Assembly: GCA_002269645.1 (NCBI GenBank)
Contig: NIVC01000158.1
Span: 784,514-848,513, forward strand
Direction of reading: 5' to 3'
DNA length: 64,000 nucleotides
Origin: Macrostomum lignano
Lineage: Eukaryota
The notes beneath the pieces were generated by a model. That model was not told the DNA's origin and searched no databases. It saw only the letters and a program-made list of their open reading frames with translations. The position numbers were made by a program, and so were the translations under genes. This document shows positions 14,709 to 27,500 of the stretch, piece by piece (the first letter of the stretch is position 1; the number at the start of each line of letters is the position of its first letter).

Positions 14709-15864
14709 ATGCTCGCCTCGCTGCGCCTCTGCAAATCTGTTGCTCGCCTTAGCCAACCAGGCCTCGGCGTGACCGCCCGCGGCTACGGCTCCGCCGCCTC
14801 CACTGCGCCTGTGCCACCCGGCTACACCAGCAAGGAGATGGAGTCTGTCATCTCCAATGGCCAACTGTCCAGCTACCCGCAGGTTGGCCGGCGCGAATGG
14901 GTCGGGCACGGCCGCGGCGGCATGCCCAACTATTTCGACTGCCTCATGTTCCCCTATCCGGCTATCCGCTTTCGCGAATGGGACAGCGCGTACGAGGCGT
15001 TGCGACAGAAGGAGAAAGGCGACTGGAAGAATCTGAGCATTGAAGACAAGAAGAAGCTGTATCGGTGAGTAGGCAGCTCAGAGATCATCAGCCCCACAGG
15101 AATCGCCCCTAGACAGCTCAGGGAGCAGCCCCAGCCCCATAGGAATCGCCCCTAGACAGCTCAGGGAGCAGCCCCAGCCCCATAGGAATCGCCCTTAGAC
15201 AGCTCAGAGATAAGCCCCATAGGAATCGCCCTTAGACAGCTCAGAGATAAGCCCCATAGGAATCGCCCTTAGACAGCTCAGAGATAAGCCCCATAGGAAT
15301 CGCCCTTAGACAGCTCAGAGATCATCAGCCCCATAGGAATCGCCCTTAGACAGCTCAGAGATAAGCCCCATAGGAATCGCCCTTAGACAGCTCAGAGATA
15401 AGCCCCATAGGAATCGCCCTTAGACAGCTCAGAGATAAGCCCCATAGGAATCGCCCTTAGACAGCTCAGAGATAAGCCCCATAGGAATCGCCCTTAGACA
15501 GCTCAGAGATAAGCCCCATAGGAATCGCCCTTAGACAGCTCAGAGATAAGCCCCATAGGAATCGCCCTAAAAAACCCGGTCAACTCCCCGTCTTCACTGC
15601 AGCCACTCCTTCCGGTACACCTTTACCGAGCTGGAGGCTCCCACCGGACGCTGGAAGCTGTCCATCGGTATTCTCATGCTAGTGTTCAGCGGCGCCTCCC
15701 TAACCATGCTCTTCATCAAGAAGGTATTCACCCCTGCCTTCCCGAAAAGCTTCGATGAAGAATGGATGATGCGCTCGATGTGGAAGCAGATCATGATCGG
15801 ATTCAATCCCGTGCAAGGCGTCAGCTCCAAGTGGGACTACGAGAACAACCGGTGGAAGGAGTAA
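14709..15864 (+). CDS. COX4: Cytochrome c oxidase subunit 4, mitochondrial
   Basis: Exons 14709-15064 and 15603-15864, GT-AG phase-2 intron, 205 aa. Mitochondrial presequence, LRQKEKGDWKNLSIEDKKKLYRHSF, one TM helix, NPVQGVSSKWDYENNRWK. AATAAA at about 15909. Confidence 0.97.
15072..15569. repeat. 37-bp minisatellite filling the COX4 intron
   Basis: Unit ATAAGCCCCATAGGAATCGCCCTTAGACAGCTCAGAG, about 13 copies. Confidence 0.97.
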
Positions 15865-16589
15865 TCTTTGCCATTGCCGTATTGTCCCAATATTGGAAAA
15901 CAATTATTAATAAATGACCGCTTTAAAATGTACTTTTTAGCCTGGGAAGATTTGGATTGGGATAGATTTCTAAATAATTGCAAAATTAGACTAAAACCCC
16001 GTTTCTTAGCTCTACTAACCAATCTGCAATCTGCGCTTAAAATATGAATTTGATACAGTAAATTTCTTGTAGTGCGTTTAGATTTTTAAAATTTAGAATC
16101 CATTTGAAACTCCTCTAACGCTAGTTTGTCGAAGTTTGACAATAAGTTTTTTTTTAAGAAAGTCACTGTAACCAACCACTTTGTTGTGTTGTGCTCTAGC
16201 CTATCTCTTTTTTTCTGGTCCTCTTCTGCTTCTTTTTAGGTCGTCTATATAAAGTTTTACTTAGCTTTAATTAGAATTTCGCATTCACTCGTCCGCACAG
16301 GTGCCTCGTGTCCAACTTCAGAAAATTCAAATAAAATAATAATCGCACCACGTGTTCTTAATACCTTTCAGCCCCCCCCGTCTCAATCTGATGCCTACAC
16401 AAAATAATCAATTATTTAAGATCAAAGAAATATAAACTGATGTGTTCTTGCAGGTCAGCCATCTCGTTGATGAAAGTGGGAAAATTAATTATCAGTTCCT
16501 TTTATTTGCGAAGTAGCAAGCTTGGAGTTGGACTATTTTTTTTCAAATGATTTTGTTATGAGCACATAGTTCTTATAGGATGCCTTCTG

Positions 16590-17216
16590 CCGAATTCGGT
16601 CATACAGTAGACACTGCAATGATCATTTTCCGAGTTTGGTCATGCAGTGGACACTGCAGTGATCATTTTCCGAGTTTGGTCATGCAGTGGACACTGCAAT
16701 GATCATTGTCCGTGTTTGGTCATACAGTGGACACTGCAATGATCATTGTCCGAGTTTGGTCATACAGTAGACACTGCAATGATCATTTTCCGAGTTTGGT
16801 CATACAGTGGACACTGCAATGATCATTGTCCGAGTTTGGTCATGTAGTGGACACTGCAATGATCATTTTCCGAGTTTGGTCATACAGTAGACACTGCAAT
16901 GATCATTTTCCGAGTTTGGTCATGCAGTGGACACTGCAATGATCATTGTCCGTGTTTGGTCATACAGTGGACACTGCAATGATCATTGTCCGAGTTTGGT
17001 CATGCAGTGGACACTGCAATGATCATTTTCCGAGTTTGGTCATACAGTAGACACTGCAATGATCATTGTCCGAGTTTGGTCATACAGTGGACACTGCAAT
17101 GATCATTGTTCGAGTTTGGTCATGCAGTGGACACTGCAATGATCATTGTCCGAGTTTGGTCATACAGTGGACACTGCAATGGTCATTGCCCGAGTTTTGG
17201 TCATATGGCGGACACT
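16590..17216. repeat. 40-bp minisatellite
   Basis: Unit CGAGTTTGGTCATGCAGTGGACACTGCAATGATCATTTTC, about 15 copies, ending about 170 bp upstream of the TRIM ATG. Confidence 0.97.
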
Positions 17217-17386
17217 TTAGTCAATTAGTCACACTAGTTAGCCACAGATGCAGTATTATTTTTGTAAGCAGAAATCGGTCTCAATTATTGAACAGCAAGC
17301 CGCATTAGTTGTTATTCCAGCAAATTCGCGAGCCCACTATCGACCTGTCAATCGCGCCGGCTCACACTCGCACACAGAAGTAGGCG

Positions 17387-20300
17387 ATGTCGGAGGCCAA
17401 GCGAATCCGCCTGGCCGATCCCAGCGAGCTGTCAGCCGCTCCGGCCTCCTCATCCGCTGTTGAATCCGAGCCGTCGCCTCAACTGATGGAGCTAGTTCAG
17501 GACTGCACCTGCCCGGTGTGCAAAGAGATCTTCACCGAGCCCGTAGCCCTTGTCGCGTGCGGTCACGCATTCTGCCGGCGTTGCTACGAGAAACTGTGTC
17601 GGAAATGTGCCACAACCGAGACCGGCATCGGCGGCGGCTTCGCCTTCTTGCTGGCGCCGCCGTCCTCGCTGGCCGCTGAACAGCAGCGCAGGGTTGCGTG
17701 TCCGGTCTGTCGGGTGAAGTTCCGGCCAGGCTCGGACGCTGTTAAACCGGACAGCCAGGCCGAGTGCTTAGTTCGAGCTCTGATGCTGGTGAAAGCTCCG
17801 CAGCAGACTGTCGACGCTTCTTTACCGACACCTGGCGACGTCGATCGCAGCGACGGCTGCTGCTCCGCATCCACCGACTGCTGGCGTCGACGAGCCGTCC
17901 GCTGCACCGACTGCGGAGTGGCCTCCTGCCGGGCCCACCACGAATCCGCGCTGGCCAGCCTGCGGTCCTCCGCCGCCGAGGTGGCTGCCGCCGGCGCCAC
18001 TTTCGCTTCGGACGAATCAGCCGGTGTCGGTCCGCTGCGCCGGCTAACCGACATGCGGCTCCGCCTGCCCAACCTCCGGCGAGCCCTGGCCGACCGGCTG
18101 ACGGCTCGTCTAGACGCCTACGAGGCCCGGCTGGAGGATGCCAGCGTCCGGGTTCGCCAGGCCGCCGAGGCCAGCTTGGATCGGCGCCAGCATCTGGCCG
18201 GCCTGGTCCACCGACTGGAATCGGTCACGGCCGCTGCAGCCGCTGTTGGCGGCGACGCAATCGATGCTAGCTACGCCGAGATGCTGACGTTGAAGTCGCG
18301 TCTGACCGCCGAACTGGCCGAGGCGCGTTCGCTTCATCCGGCACTGCGGGTGGAAGAGCCCATTGGCTTGGTGAGTTCAGCTAAATTATAGGTTGATGAT
18401 AGTCTAGAACTCATTCAGACAGTCCCACAGTTTCAAAGCGTGTTGAAAATCGCATCGGATCTACGTCCAAGTATCTTTGAGAATTGCTTCTAATCAGCCT
18501 TAGAATGGTCTATCGGATCGGCCCTCAAAACCGCTTTGAGAAATATCTCTCTAATCGGCCCTCAAAACTGCTTTAAGAATGGACTCTAATCGGCCCTCAA
18601 GTGCTTTGAGAATGGTCTCTGATCGGCCCTCAAAACCGCTTTGAGAATGGTCTCTGATCGGCCCTCAAAACCGCTTTGAGAATGGTCTCTGATCGGCCCT
18701 CAAAACCGCTTTGAGAATGGTCTCTGATCGGCCCTCAAAACCGCTTTGAGAATGGTCTCTGATCGGCCCTCAAAACCGCTTTGAGAATGGTCTCTGATCG
18801 GCCCTCAAAACCGCTTTGAGAATGGTCTCTGATCGGCCCTCAAAACCGCTTTGAGAATGGTCTCTGATCGGCCCTCAAAACCGCTTTGAGAATGGTCTCT
18901 GATCGGCCCTCAAAACCGCTTTGAGAATGGTCTCTGATCGGCCCTCAACACCGCTTTGAGAATTTTCTCTGATCGGCCCTCAAAACCTCTTTGAGAATAT
19001 TCTCTCTGACCGGCCCTCTAAATCATTAGCCCAATCAATTATATTCTGTACTGCTATACTCGAGGTAGATGGAGTTATGCCCAGAATCAAAAACCAACGT
19101 CCCCACCCCGCCCCGCACAGCAGGAGGACCTCGAGCGCGGCCTGGACGCCTGCCTGGACGAGCTCACAGTTCGCCTGTACGCCCTGCCCTACGAGTCCTT
19201 GGCCCGCGCCTCAACTAGCGGCGCCCCGTTGGCGCCAGTTCGCCTGGCACCGATAGCGCATCACCGAACCAGACCGCGCCGGCCCTGGTGCCTCCGCTTA
19301 TTGAAGAATGTCAGCGGGCTGCGGCTGCTTAACGGCCGGCTAGTCAGATCGTCGGCGGCCTCGGCAGCATCGGCTTCGGCTTCGCCAAGTGTCGAGGACG
19401 GCTCCGAGCCGCTGCCTCAGTCTGGCATTCTGCTGGTGAACTACAGCGGCCCAACTGGCCGGCTGCACATATTCGAAGCTGGGCAGAGAATACGCCGCCT
19501 GGGCTGCCTTCAACTGCAGCCGCCCCGCCTGCCCGGACCCGCTATCGGCCACGGCCGGCGTCGCTGCCGCCCCGGCCGCATCGCCGTCTGCAATAATCGG
19601 CAGAGAATCTTTGCCACTGACTCGGCCAATAATCGGGTTATGGCGTTTCATGCCACTGGCCGGCTGGTCGCCAGCTTTGGTTGCTATGGCGACTCAGACA
19701 ACGCCGGCGACGACAGTTTATGCCAGGACGACGTTGGCGAGTCGAACGGCGAGCCAAATTTTCAACGCCCTCTAGGGTTGTGCGTCGACAACGAAGCGCT
19801 GTACGTTGTTGACAGCGGCAACTGTAGGGTGCAGATCTTCTGCCTGGACAGCGGCTACAGGCGGATCGGCTGCCTGCGGCATCCTGACTTCACTGCCGGC
19901 CTGCACAGCGTGCTCGCCTGCCAGTCTGATCTAGTTGGGTCGGAGTCGGCGTCTGCGCCCGGTTTGGTGGTGTCGGATCGGGACACGGAGCGGCTGTTCC
20001 TGTTCGATCGGGCTAGCAGGTTGTGGGAGCCGCCTTTTCTTCTGAGCCTTTTTTAGGACCCAGTAGATCCCTCTAGCGACTCTATGGGGCCCTTGTGACT
20101 TTTTAGCGACTCAATTAAACGACTGCAATGCGACGGAGTCGGAGAGCTAGAGCCGAAAAAGTCGACTATAAGTCGTAGTGTTAGCTCAGATACGACCCTG
20201 CGACCCCAGAGTCATGATAGAATCGCCTCAGAGTTCCTTGCGTCGCTCCAGGCCTCAAATAGACTATTAGACGACTTTTTGGCGACTTGGAACCGCTACA

Positions 20301-21419
20301 TCTTGTCGTTTTTTAGGAGTCGTCTAGAGTCACTTCTTTCCTATTTTACCTGTGTAAAAGGTGTAAAACCTTTACCTGCAAAAACTCTGGGGCGACACAA
20401 GTGACTCTGGGACGCTTCTTTATGTAGCTCCTGACCTCTCAGCCTTGACACCTCAGCAATTGCCTCCCATAAGCCTCAACATCTCAAAGCCCCATTAGCC
20501 TTAACATCCCAGCAATTCCCCCAGTAAGCCTTGACATCTCAGCAATTCCCCCAGTAAGCCTTGACATCTCAGCAATTCCCCCAGTAAGCATTGATGTCTC
20601 AGCAATTCCCCCAGTAAGCCTTGACATCTCAGCAATTCCCCCAGTAAGCCTTGACATCTCAGCAATTCCCCCAGTAAGCCTTGACATCTCAGCAATTCCC
20701 CCAGTAAGCCTTGACATCTCAGCAATTCCCCCATCGCAGTAACAGTTCAGTACCACACCGCCTACCTACCTGTACTTAATACATTCCATACTCCTAATTA
20801 TGGATCTGCTATCGCTAACCATCGCAGAATATCCCCCCCCAACAGGCGAGCAATCCGCCACCTGTCAGTGGGCGGCCGGCCGGCCGACCTGAGCTCCGAC
20901 CGGCACGGCAACGTGTTGGTCAGCCTGGCCGCCAGCCGCCAGGTCAAAGTGTTCGACCCGCTGCTCACCCGCTGCCTGTACGCCTTCAACTTGGACAGCT
21001 GGTCGCCGCCGGTCGGTGCCAGCGAGGAACCGGCGACTGCAACACCAGAAGCAGCAGCTGCCGACAATCGGAACGGCGAAATCGAAATCGAAGAAGAAGA
21101 GGAGGATGAAGATGATGAAGAACAGTACATCGGCGGAGGCTGGGACTCGTCGCCGGGCTCGGCATCATCGGCCGCCTCGTCGGCATTCTCGCTGTCGGCT
21201 GCTCCGCCTCTGCCGTCGGTTGGCGAGTTTCTGTTCTCCGGCATGTCGGACGGTCGACGCCGGCGTCGATTTGTTGTCGCCGGATTTGGCGGCGGCGGCG
21301 GCGGCGGTGGCATCGGCGGTCCGGGCGACTGCCTGCAGGGCATTGCGCTGGACCCGTTGACCAGGCGGATCTTCGCCGCCGATGCGAGGCGACAGTGCCT
21401 GCTGGCCTATCAGCTGTGA
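17387..21419 (+). CDS. TRIM-NHL protein (RING finger, degenerate B-box, coiled coil, NHL repeats), about 818 aa
   Basis: Exons 17387-18370, 19121-20019 and 20846-21419 join in frame across GT-AG introns. C3HC4 RING CPVCKEIFTEPVALVACGHAFCRRC...CPVCR; B-box-like RCTDCGVASCRAHH; NHL blades IFATDSANNRVMAF, RPLGLCVDNEALYVVDSGNCRVQIF, GIALDPLTRRIFAADARRQCL. The final TGA overlaps a GTGAGT, so a further exon cannot be excluded. Confidence 0.88.
18515..19017. repeat. 35-bp minisatellite in TRIM intron 1
   Basis: Unit GATCGGCCCTCAAAACCGCTTTGAGAATGGTCTCT, about 14 copies. Confidence 0.97.
20454..20733. repeat. 30-bp minisatellite in TRIM intron 2
   Basis: Unit CAGCAATTCCCCCAGTAAGCCTTGACATCT, about 9 copies. 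Confidence 0.95.
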
Positions 21420-21532
21420 GTTGGCTGGTTAGCCTGAGGGGGGGAATTTAACGGTTTGTGTGGGATTTTTGTTGGAATATCCATCCCTATAGATTGATGT
21501 TAGTGCTATTAGCTGAACAATTAATCATCAAA

Positions 21533-21745
21533 AGAGCGGGTTGCAGCCTAGTGGCTAGAGCGTCGGACTCACGTTTGAAAGGTCCGGGGTTCGATTCTTG
21601 ATCCACGCAACTCTGGATTGTCTCAGTTCGCCCAGCTGTAAAATGGGTGCCTGGGGTAATTGAGGATGTGTGTGTGTGTGGCGACTGAACAGCTGAGCTG
21701 TCGGTTGCACACCTGCCCATTGGGTGTAATTAATAATTATTATTA
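21533..21745 (+). mobile_element. tRNA-derived CORE-like SINE (copy 2, internally deleted)
   Basis: A box TAGTGGCTAG, B box GGTTCGATTC, CAGCTGTAAAATGGGTGCC, and a (TAA)-rich tail. Matches the other copies with deletions. Confidence 0.85.
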
Positions 21746-22622
21746 CGATAAAAGACTATAGAAGAAAGCAGCTATTACTTCTTAGTGCTAGTATAGTTTG
21801 CTTTCCATTAGAGCATTGGAAATTCAGCTAGACTTGTGTATATAGTTTACTGTCTGTAATCTAGGCGCGGATTCAAATTCGATTTGTTACAACAAACTTA
21901 TACAAAACCAGCTCTATGCCTAGACTGTTTTATTCGTTATTATAATTTCTTGAGCTTTAGCCTGAAAAAGAGTATAAATTAGTCTAAAAGCTACTTCGGG
22001 GTGGAAATTTCAACATGCTGCTGAATGTTTACATTGTTTACTATCGACTTACTCTGTTGCTTGTCTTGACATTTTGTGTTGTCTATTAAATTTTAGCATT
22101 TTCTTAAAATCCCGACAAGAAACTGGCTGCTATAATGTTGAACTGTAGGCATCCATTGTAGGGTAACTTCTGTGAGTACGCGATCAGCTGATCGGTTGCA
22201 TCGCTGATTGACAGGCGCTTCCAAACAAATATTGTGCGCTGTTATTGCATTTTTGATCTGTCGTCTAGCTTTCAAAATTGCATTACTGTTAGTAATATTT
22301 TAAGGAAACAATTGGCTATAGTTACAATTAGTGTCAATTGTTTGACAAACAAATCGAAATTGTAGCTGATTTTGTTTTTAAGTAACTGTGCCGTGTAATT
22401 AAGTTCTTATTCTTTAATTTTGCTTTCCTTATTTTCATTTTTAAGCGATGAGTTTCTTCGCTTAGAAAAATCAAATATAAAAAATTAATCGCAAGCTTAG
22501 TTAAAGCTTGTAGTTTTAATTCTGTAATCAGAATGTATTACTTATTACTTATATTTGGTTGGTTTACAGAATTGCGATGCACTTAACAGTAAATTATATC
22601 CTGCTTTCTGTAGTTTATTACT

Positions 22623-22626
<4 letters not shown>

Positions 22627-22718
<92 letters not shown>

Positions 22719-23365
22719 AACAGACAGACAAAAAGACAGACAGACAGACAAAAAGACAGACTGACAGACAGACAGACAGACAGACAGACACCGTGGAGAC
22801 AGATAGGCAGGCAGGCAGGCAGACAGACACACCGAGACAGATAGGCAGACAGACAGACAAAAAGACAGACAGACACACCGAGACAGATAGGCAGGCAGGC
22901 AGACAAAAAGACAGACAGACACACCGAGACAGATAGGCAGGCAGGCAGACAGACAGACAGACACACCGAGACAGATAGGCAGGCAGACAGACAGACAAAA
23001 AGACAGACAGACACACCGAGACAGATAGGCAGGCAGACAGACAGACAGACACACCGAGACAGATAGGCAGGCAGACAGACAGACACACCGAGACAGATAG
23101 GCAGGCAGACAGACAGACACACCGAGACAGATAGACAGGCAGGCAGGCAGACAAAAAGACAGACAGACACACCGAGACAGATAGGCAGGCAGACAGACAC
23201 CCGAGACAGATAGGCAGACAGACAGACAAAAAGACAGACAGACACACCGAGACAGATAGGCAGACAGACAGACAAAAAGACAGACAGACACACCGAGACA
23301 GATAGGCAGGCAGGCAGACAGACAGACAGAGAGACAGACAGGCAGGCACAAGGCAGACAAACAAG
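22627..23365. repeat. Complex (CAGA)n microsatellite with interspersed ACACCGAGACAGATAGG units
   Basis: Direct reading; pure at the left end, composite toward the right. Confidence 0.97.
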
Positions 23366-23548
23366 GCAATCAGTCATGCCCATTCCACTGACTCGAATCA
23401 AAACTCGAATCAGATGCCAAAATCCCGGGTCAATGTTTGTACACGAGCCCCATAATATACGTAAAAAAATTGAAACGGCTACGCATGGCATCGAAACCGG
23501 TTTTGTGGAGCGAGAGTCGGACGCGTTATCCACTGAGTCGGAGTGGTC
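23366..23548 (-). mobile_element. Second SINE-like element with tRNA-Arg-like head, adjoining the (CTGT)n tract
   Basis: Minus strand reads GACTCAGTGGATAACGCGTCCGACT...GGTTTCGATGCC. This is an A box/D arm close to the tRNA-Arg GGATAACGCGTCTGACT, plus a degenerate B box. No acceptor stem, so it is not a tRNA gene. Confidence 0.55.
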
Positions 23549-24551
23549 AACTGATTTGCCATTACCGATTTGCTTGGCTATGGCGCACAGTTCACTTTTG
23601 CACCAAGCATTATGCTACTCTAGTGAAAGAGTGGTCGCTTGTTTCCATAATTTGAGTTTGCACTCCTTGGTCGCCTCTATATGACGCGAATTCGATAAAA
23701 AGCAAATGGTACACGATAAGAATATTGGCGCAATCTGCTCTAGCTGAGAGCTAAGTTTGAGTGCAGCTCTGTATATCTGTACAAATATTGAATGAGCATA
23801 GCAACGGCATTTCAGTTTCTTGCATGTCATAAAAGACTGCTATTTACACTGCTAGTTGACACTTAAGACAGGTGAGCTGAAGCATGGTTAGGAAAAAAAT
23901 AATTTTACATTTTACAATTTAGATTCTGTGTCGCACTACTGGACAACTGAAGAAAACTGCTATTCTTCTTGGGGTGTCGCTATCAAGTCGCCCTCCACTT
24001 TGTCCTCAGCTTCAGGGTTCCAAAATGAGTGCCTGCGCCACCAAAAATCAGTGAAATAATACAGGAATTTTTCGCTTTAGGATTCTTGGTTTTGTCCCCT
24101 CACCCGCCATAAAATCCATCATGGCGACACCCTTGGTTGCACTCGATTGACTTAAAAATGAGCTGGAGGTTTCGATAGAGAACGTCTGCGAGCAGTCGGA
24201 ATGTTGGAAGCAGGTTGTACTCTTTGAGCAGTTCGAGAACTTCAACAGCCTTCAACAGTTTTACGTCTGCTACAGAAGAGCAGAGCCACTGGGAAGCGTG
24301 AATCACGCGAGAAAAGGTACTGCGGTGCTTCGCGAGGCCAGATCGACGCGACGCCTCTAGTGGCAGGAAATTTCCCAGGACTGTTTTTGACGCCTTGTTT
24401 TGGGAATGCCACGTCGAGTCAACGCCCGGTTACGCGAGAGGAGGCTACATGCGTTTCTGAAGCCCTGTGTATACGTTCCTTACCGACCTCCAGCTCTTTT
24501 CTAAGAACAATCCAGTGAAGCGTCCTGCTACTTCAGCAGTCCACGGGGACA

Positions 24552-27500
24552 CTACTGAGGTCTATGAGTGACGGGAGATTCTTCAGTCAACTCGTCCGAG
24601 CCCCGGTGGCTTGACTCTGAGCGAGCGTTAGTCGCGCCAAATACAGAGAAGTCGGTAAATTGTCGGCCGTCAGTCAGGTCAGGATCTTGTTGCTCGGGGT
24701 CGAAGGCAAAATCAGAGATCTGTGTGTTGTTATAGACAGTTTTTTGACACTGAACAGCAGCAATTTTATGACCTATAAATGTACTGCCGAAAAATCAGCC
24801 CGCCATCATTGAATCATCATTGCTTAAATAAGATGAAGCGTGTGTTGCCCCTTCTCACCTGGGTTGTCCTGATGTGGAATGGAAAATTCTTGTTGGCCAA
24901 ACTCGGCCACGTCAGAATCAGGTAGAACAGGTGAGCCAAGAACAGGCTGATGACCTCGATGAAGTTTACAACCTTGGCCCGCATGTAGTCAGGCACCTGG
25001 TTGATGTTCACGGCCACTGTGATTGGAATGGCGATGAACCACAAGCTGTAGAAGACGAGCATCGGAGTGTAGAAGACGACCTTCTTGTGCTTGGACATTG
25101 TGAAGATGCTGCAGCCCACGTAGAACAGCCAGCATGCCAGAATGACGGCCATGAGTCCGTAGCCGGGCGAGCTCTCGTATCGGTACAGCACCAGAGCTGC
25201 GTCAAAGGTCACGGCCTCGACGATGTACAGAGCAATGTAGGCGATGGCGAAATAGAACATAAATACGATTAGGCAGGTTGTGGCCCAGTGAGGCAGACGA
25301 CCGCAGACAACAGTGTAGCCCAGGCTGAGCAGCAGCAGCATGAGCACCATCAGGATCTGAGACATGGCGTACAGCACGGTGCCTTCGGGTTGATTTAAGC
25401 TTCAAGATTATCATCCATTCAAATATGCTTCTCGATAACTGTAATCAGCGGCACTGAAGTACGCGCGTACTATACATGTTCCATTCTTGAGAAATATAAT
25501 AAATAATAATTGATTACACCTGCCCCAATGGCCAGATGTGCAACCGACAGCTCAGCCGCAGCTATTGCGCGGCGCATCTGAAGGCTGCGTACGGCTGTTC
25601 AGTCCAAGGACTGGGGGTCGCCACACACAGCCTCAATTACCCCAGCTAATGCTGGCACCCATTTTACAGCTGGGTGAACTGAAGCAATGCAGAGTTAAGT
25701 GTCTTGCTCAATTAAGGACACAAATTGTTCCAGTGGGATCGAGAATCGAACCTCCGACCTTCAAGTCGTGAGTCCGACGCTCTAATCACTAGGGCTAGGC
25801 TACAACCTCCTTGAGCAATTACGAGTAATAGAAATTCAATTCAAGCTCACCAAACAGCTTTAGTCCCGAGTTTTCCTGCCCACTCAGGCCGTAGTTCAAA
25901 TAGGAGATGCAGGTAAACACGATTGACATAAAGAATAAAGAAACAGACGACAAAAATATTTTGTATGTCGCGTGGAACATTTGGTTGCTGGCCAACTTCA
26001 CTGGAATCGGAATGAAACGGGCTTCTGAGTAGCAATGCAACTATGGTATCAATGCAAAAAGTTTTAGGCACCGTCGACTGTCACTCACCCGAAACTACAA
26101 CCACCAAGATAACCATGAGGAATTCAATGAAGAAAAATGCCATGTTAAATTCCAATATATCTGCAGATTATAACCGTACGGGTATTAGAATCCTAGATCG
26201 CTTATAAAATATTGTTTGCATTTGATTTTAGCTTACAGATTTCATCGGCGGAAAAGTGTTCTCTGAAGATCTGTCCCGGATTACCGTTTCTCATGAACAC
26301 GTCGTACTCCAGATACAGTCCCTGAAATCACGGTTGCGGATGCAGCCAGACCAACAGTAAATTCCTGGCCTAATTGAAAACTATAGTACTTTATACTTCT
26401 AGCAAATATTTTTAGATATCAACAAAATGTGCCACTCAGAATCAATATGATTTTACAACAGAATTTTCAAGCTTGCATAGATCGATATTTCTGCTTTAAC
26501 TTCCTACTCCACTATTCACTGTCAAAAAGTCAGCAGCAAAGTCAGTCCCGCTACATCCTGGATTGTGTAGCATGCAGTTCCGCTAAATCCTGGATTGTGT
26601 AGCATGCAGTTCCGCTACTTCCTGGATTGTGTAGCATGCAGTTCCGCTAAATCCTGGATTGTGTAGCACGCAGTTCCGCTAAATCCAGGATTGTGTAGCA
26701 CACAGTGCCGCTACATCCTGGATTGTGTAGCACACAGTTCCGCTACATCCTGGATTGTGTAGCACGCAGTGCCGCTAAATCCAGGATTGTGTAGCACGCA
26801 GTTCCGCTAAATCGATTGTGTAGCACGCAGTTCCGCTACATCCTGGATTGTGTAGCACGCAGTTCCGCTACATCCTGGATCTGGATTGTGTAGTACACAG
26901 TTCCGCTACATCCTGGATCTGGATTGTGTAGTACACAGTTCCGCTACATCCTGGATCTGGATTGTGTAGTACACAGTGCCGCTAAATCCTGGATTGTGTA
27001 GCACGCAGTTCCGCTACATCCTGGATTGTGTAGCACGCAGTGCCGCTAAATCCAGGATTGTGTAGCACGCAGTTCCGCTAAATCGATTGTGTAGCACGCA
27101 GTTCCGCTAAATCCAGGATTGTGTAGCACACAGTGCCGCTACATCCTGGATTGTGTAGCACGCAGTGCCGCTAAATCCTGGATTGTGTAGCACGCAGTTC
27201 CGCTACATCCTGGATTGTGTAGCACGCAGTTCCGCTACATCCTGGATCTGGATTGTGTAGTACACAGTTCCGCTACATCCTGGATCTGGATTGTGTAGTA
27301 CACAGTTCCGCTACATCCTGGATCTGGATTGTGTAGTACACAGTGCCGCTAAATCCTGGATTGTGTAGCACGCAGTTCCGCTACATCCTGGATTGTGTAG
27401 CACGCAGTTCCGCTACATCCTGGATCTGGATTGTGTAGTACACAGTTCCGCTAAATCCTGGATCTGGATTGTGTAGTACACAGTTCCGCTACATCCTGGA

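Noticed and set aside
20058-20410. CGAC/GTCG-rich segment in TRIM intron 2, possible MITE
   Set aside because: The motif enrichment is visible, but there are no convincing TIRs or TSD.
22181-22194. Perfect 14-bp palindrome CGATCAGCTGATCG
   Set aside because: About 4 such palindromes are expected by chance in 64 kb (64000/4^7).
24048-24551. Coding-looking sequence downstream of the TMEM145-A stop (short ORFs on both strands)
   Set aside because: Frames are interrupted by stops, with no homology to the B tail or any known domain; treated as 3' UTR or intergenic.
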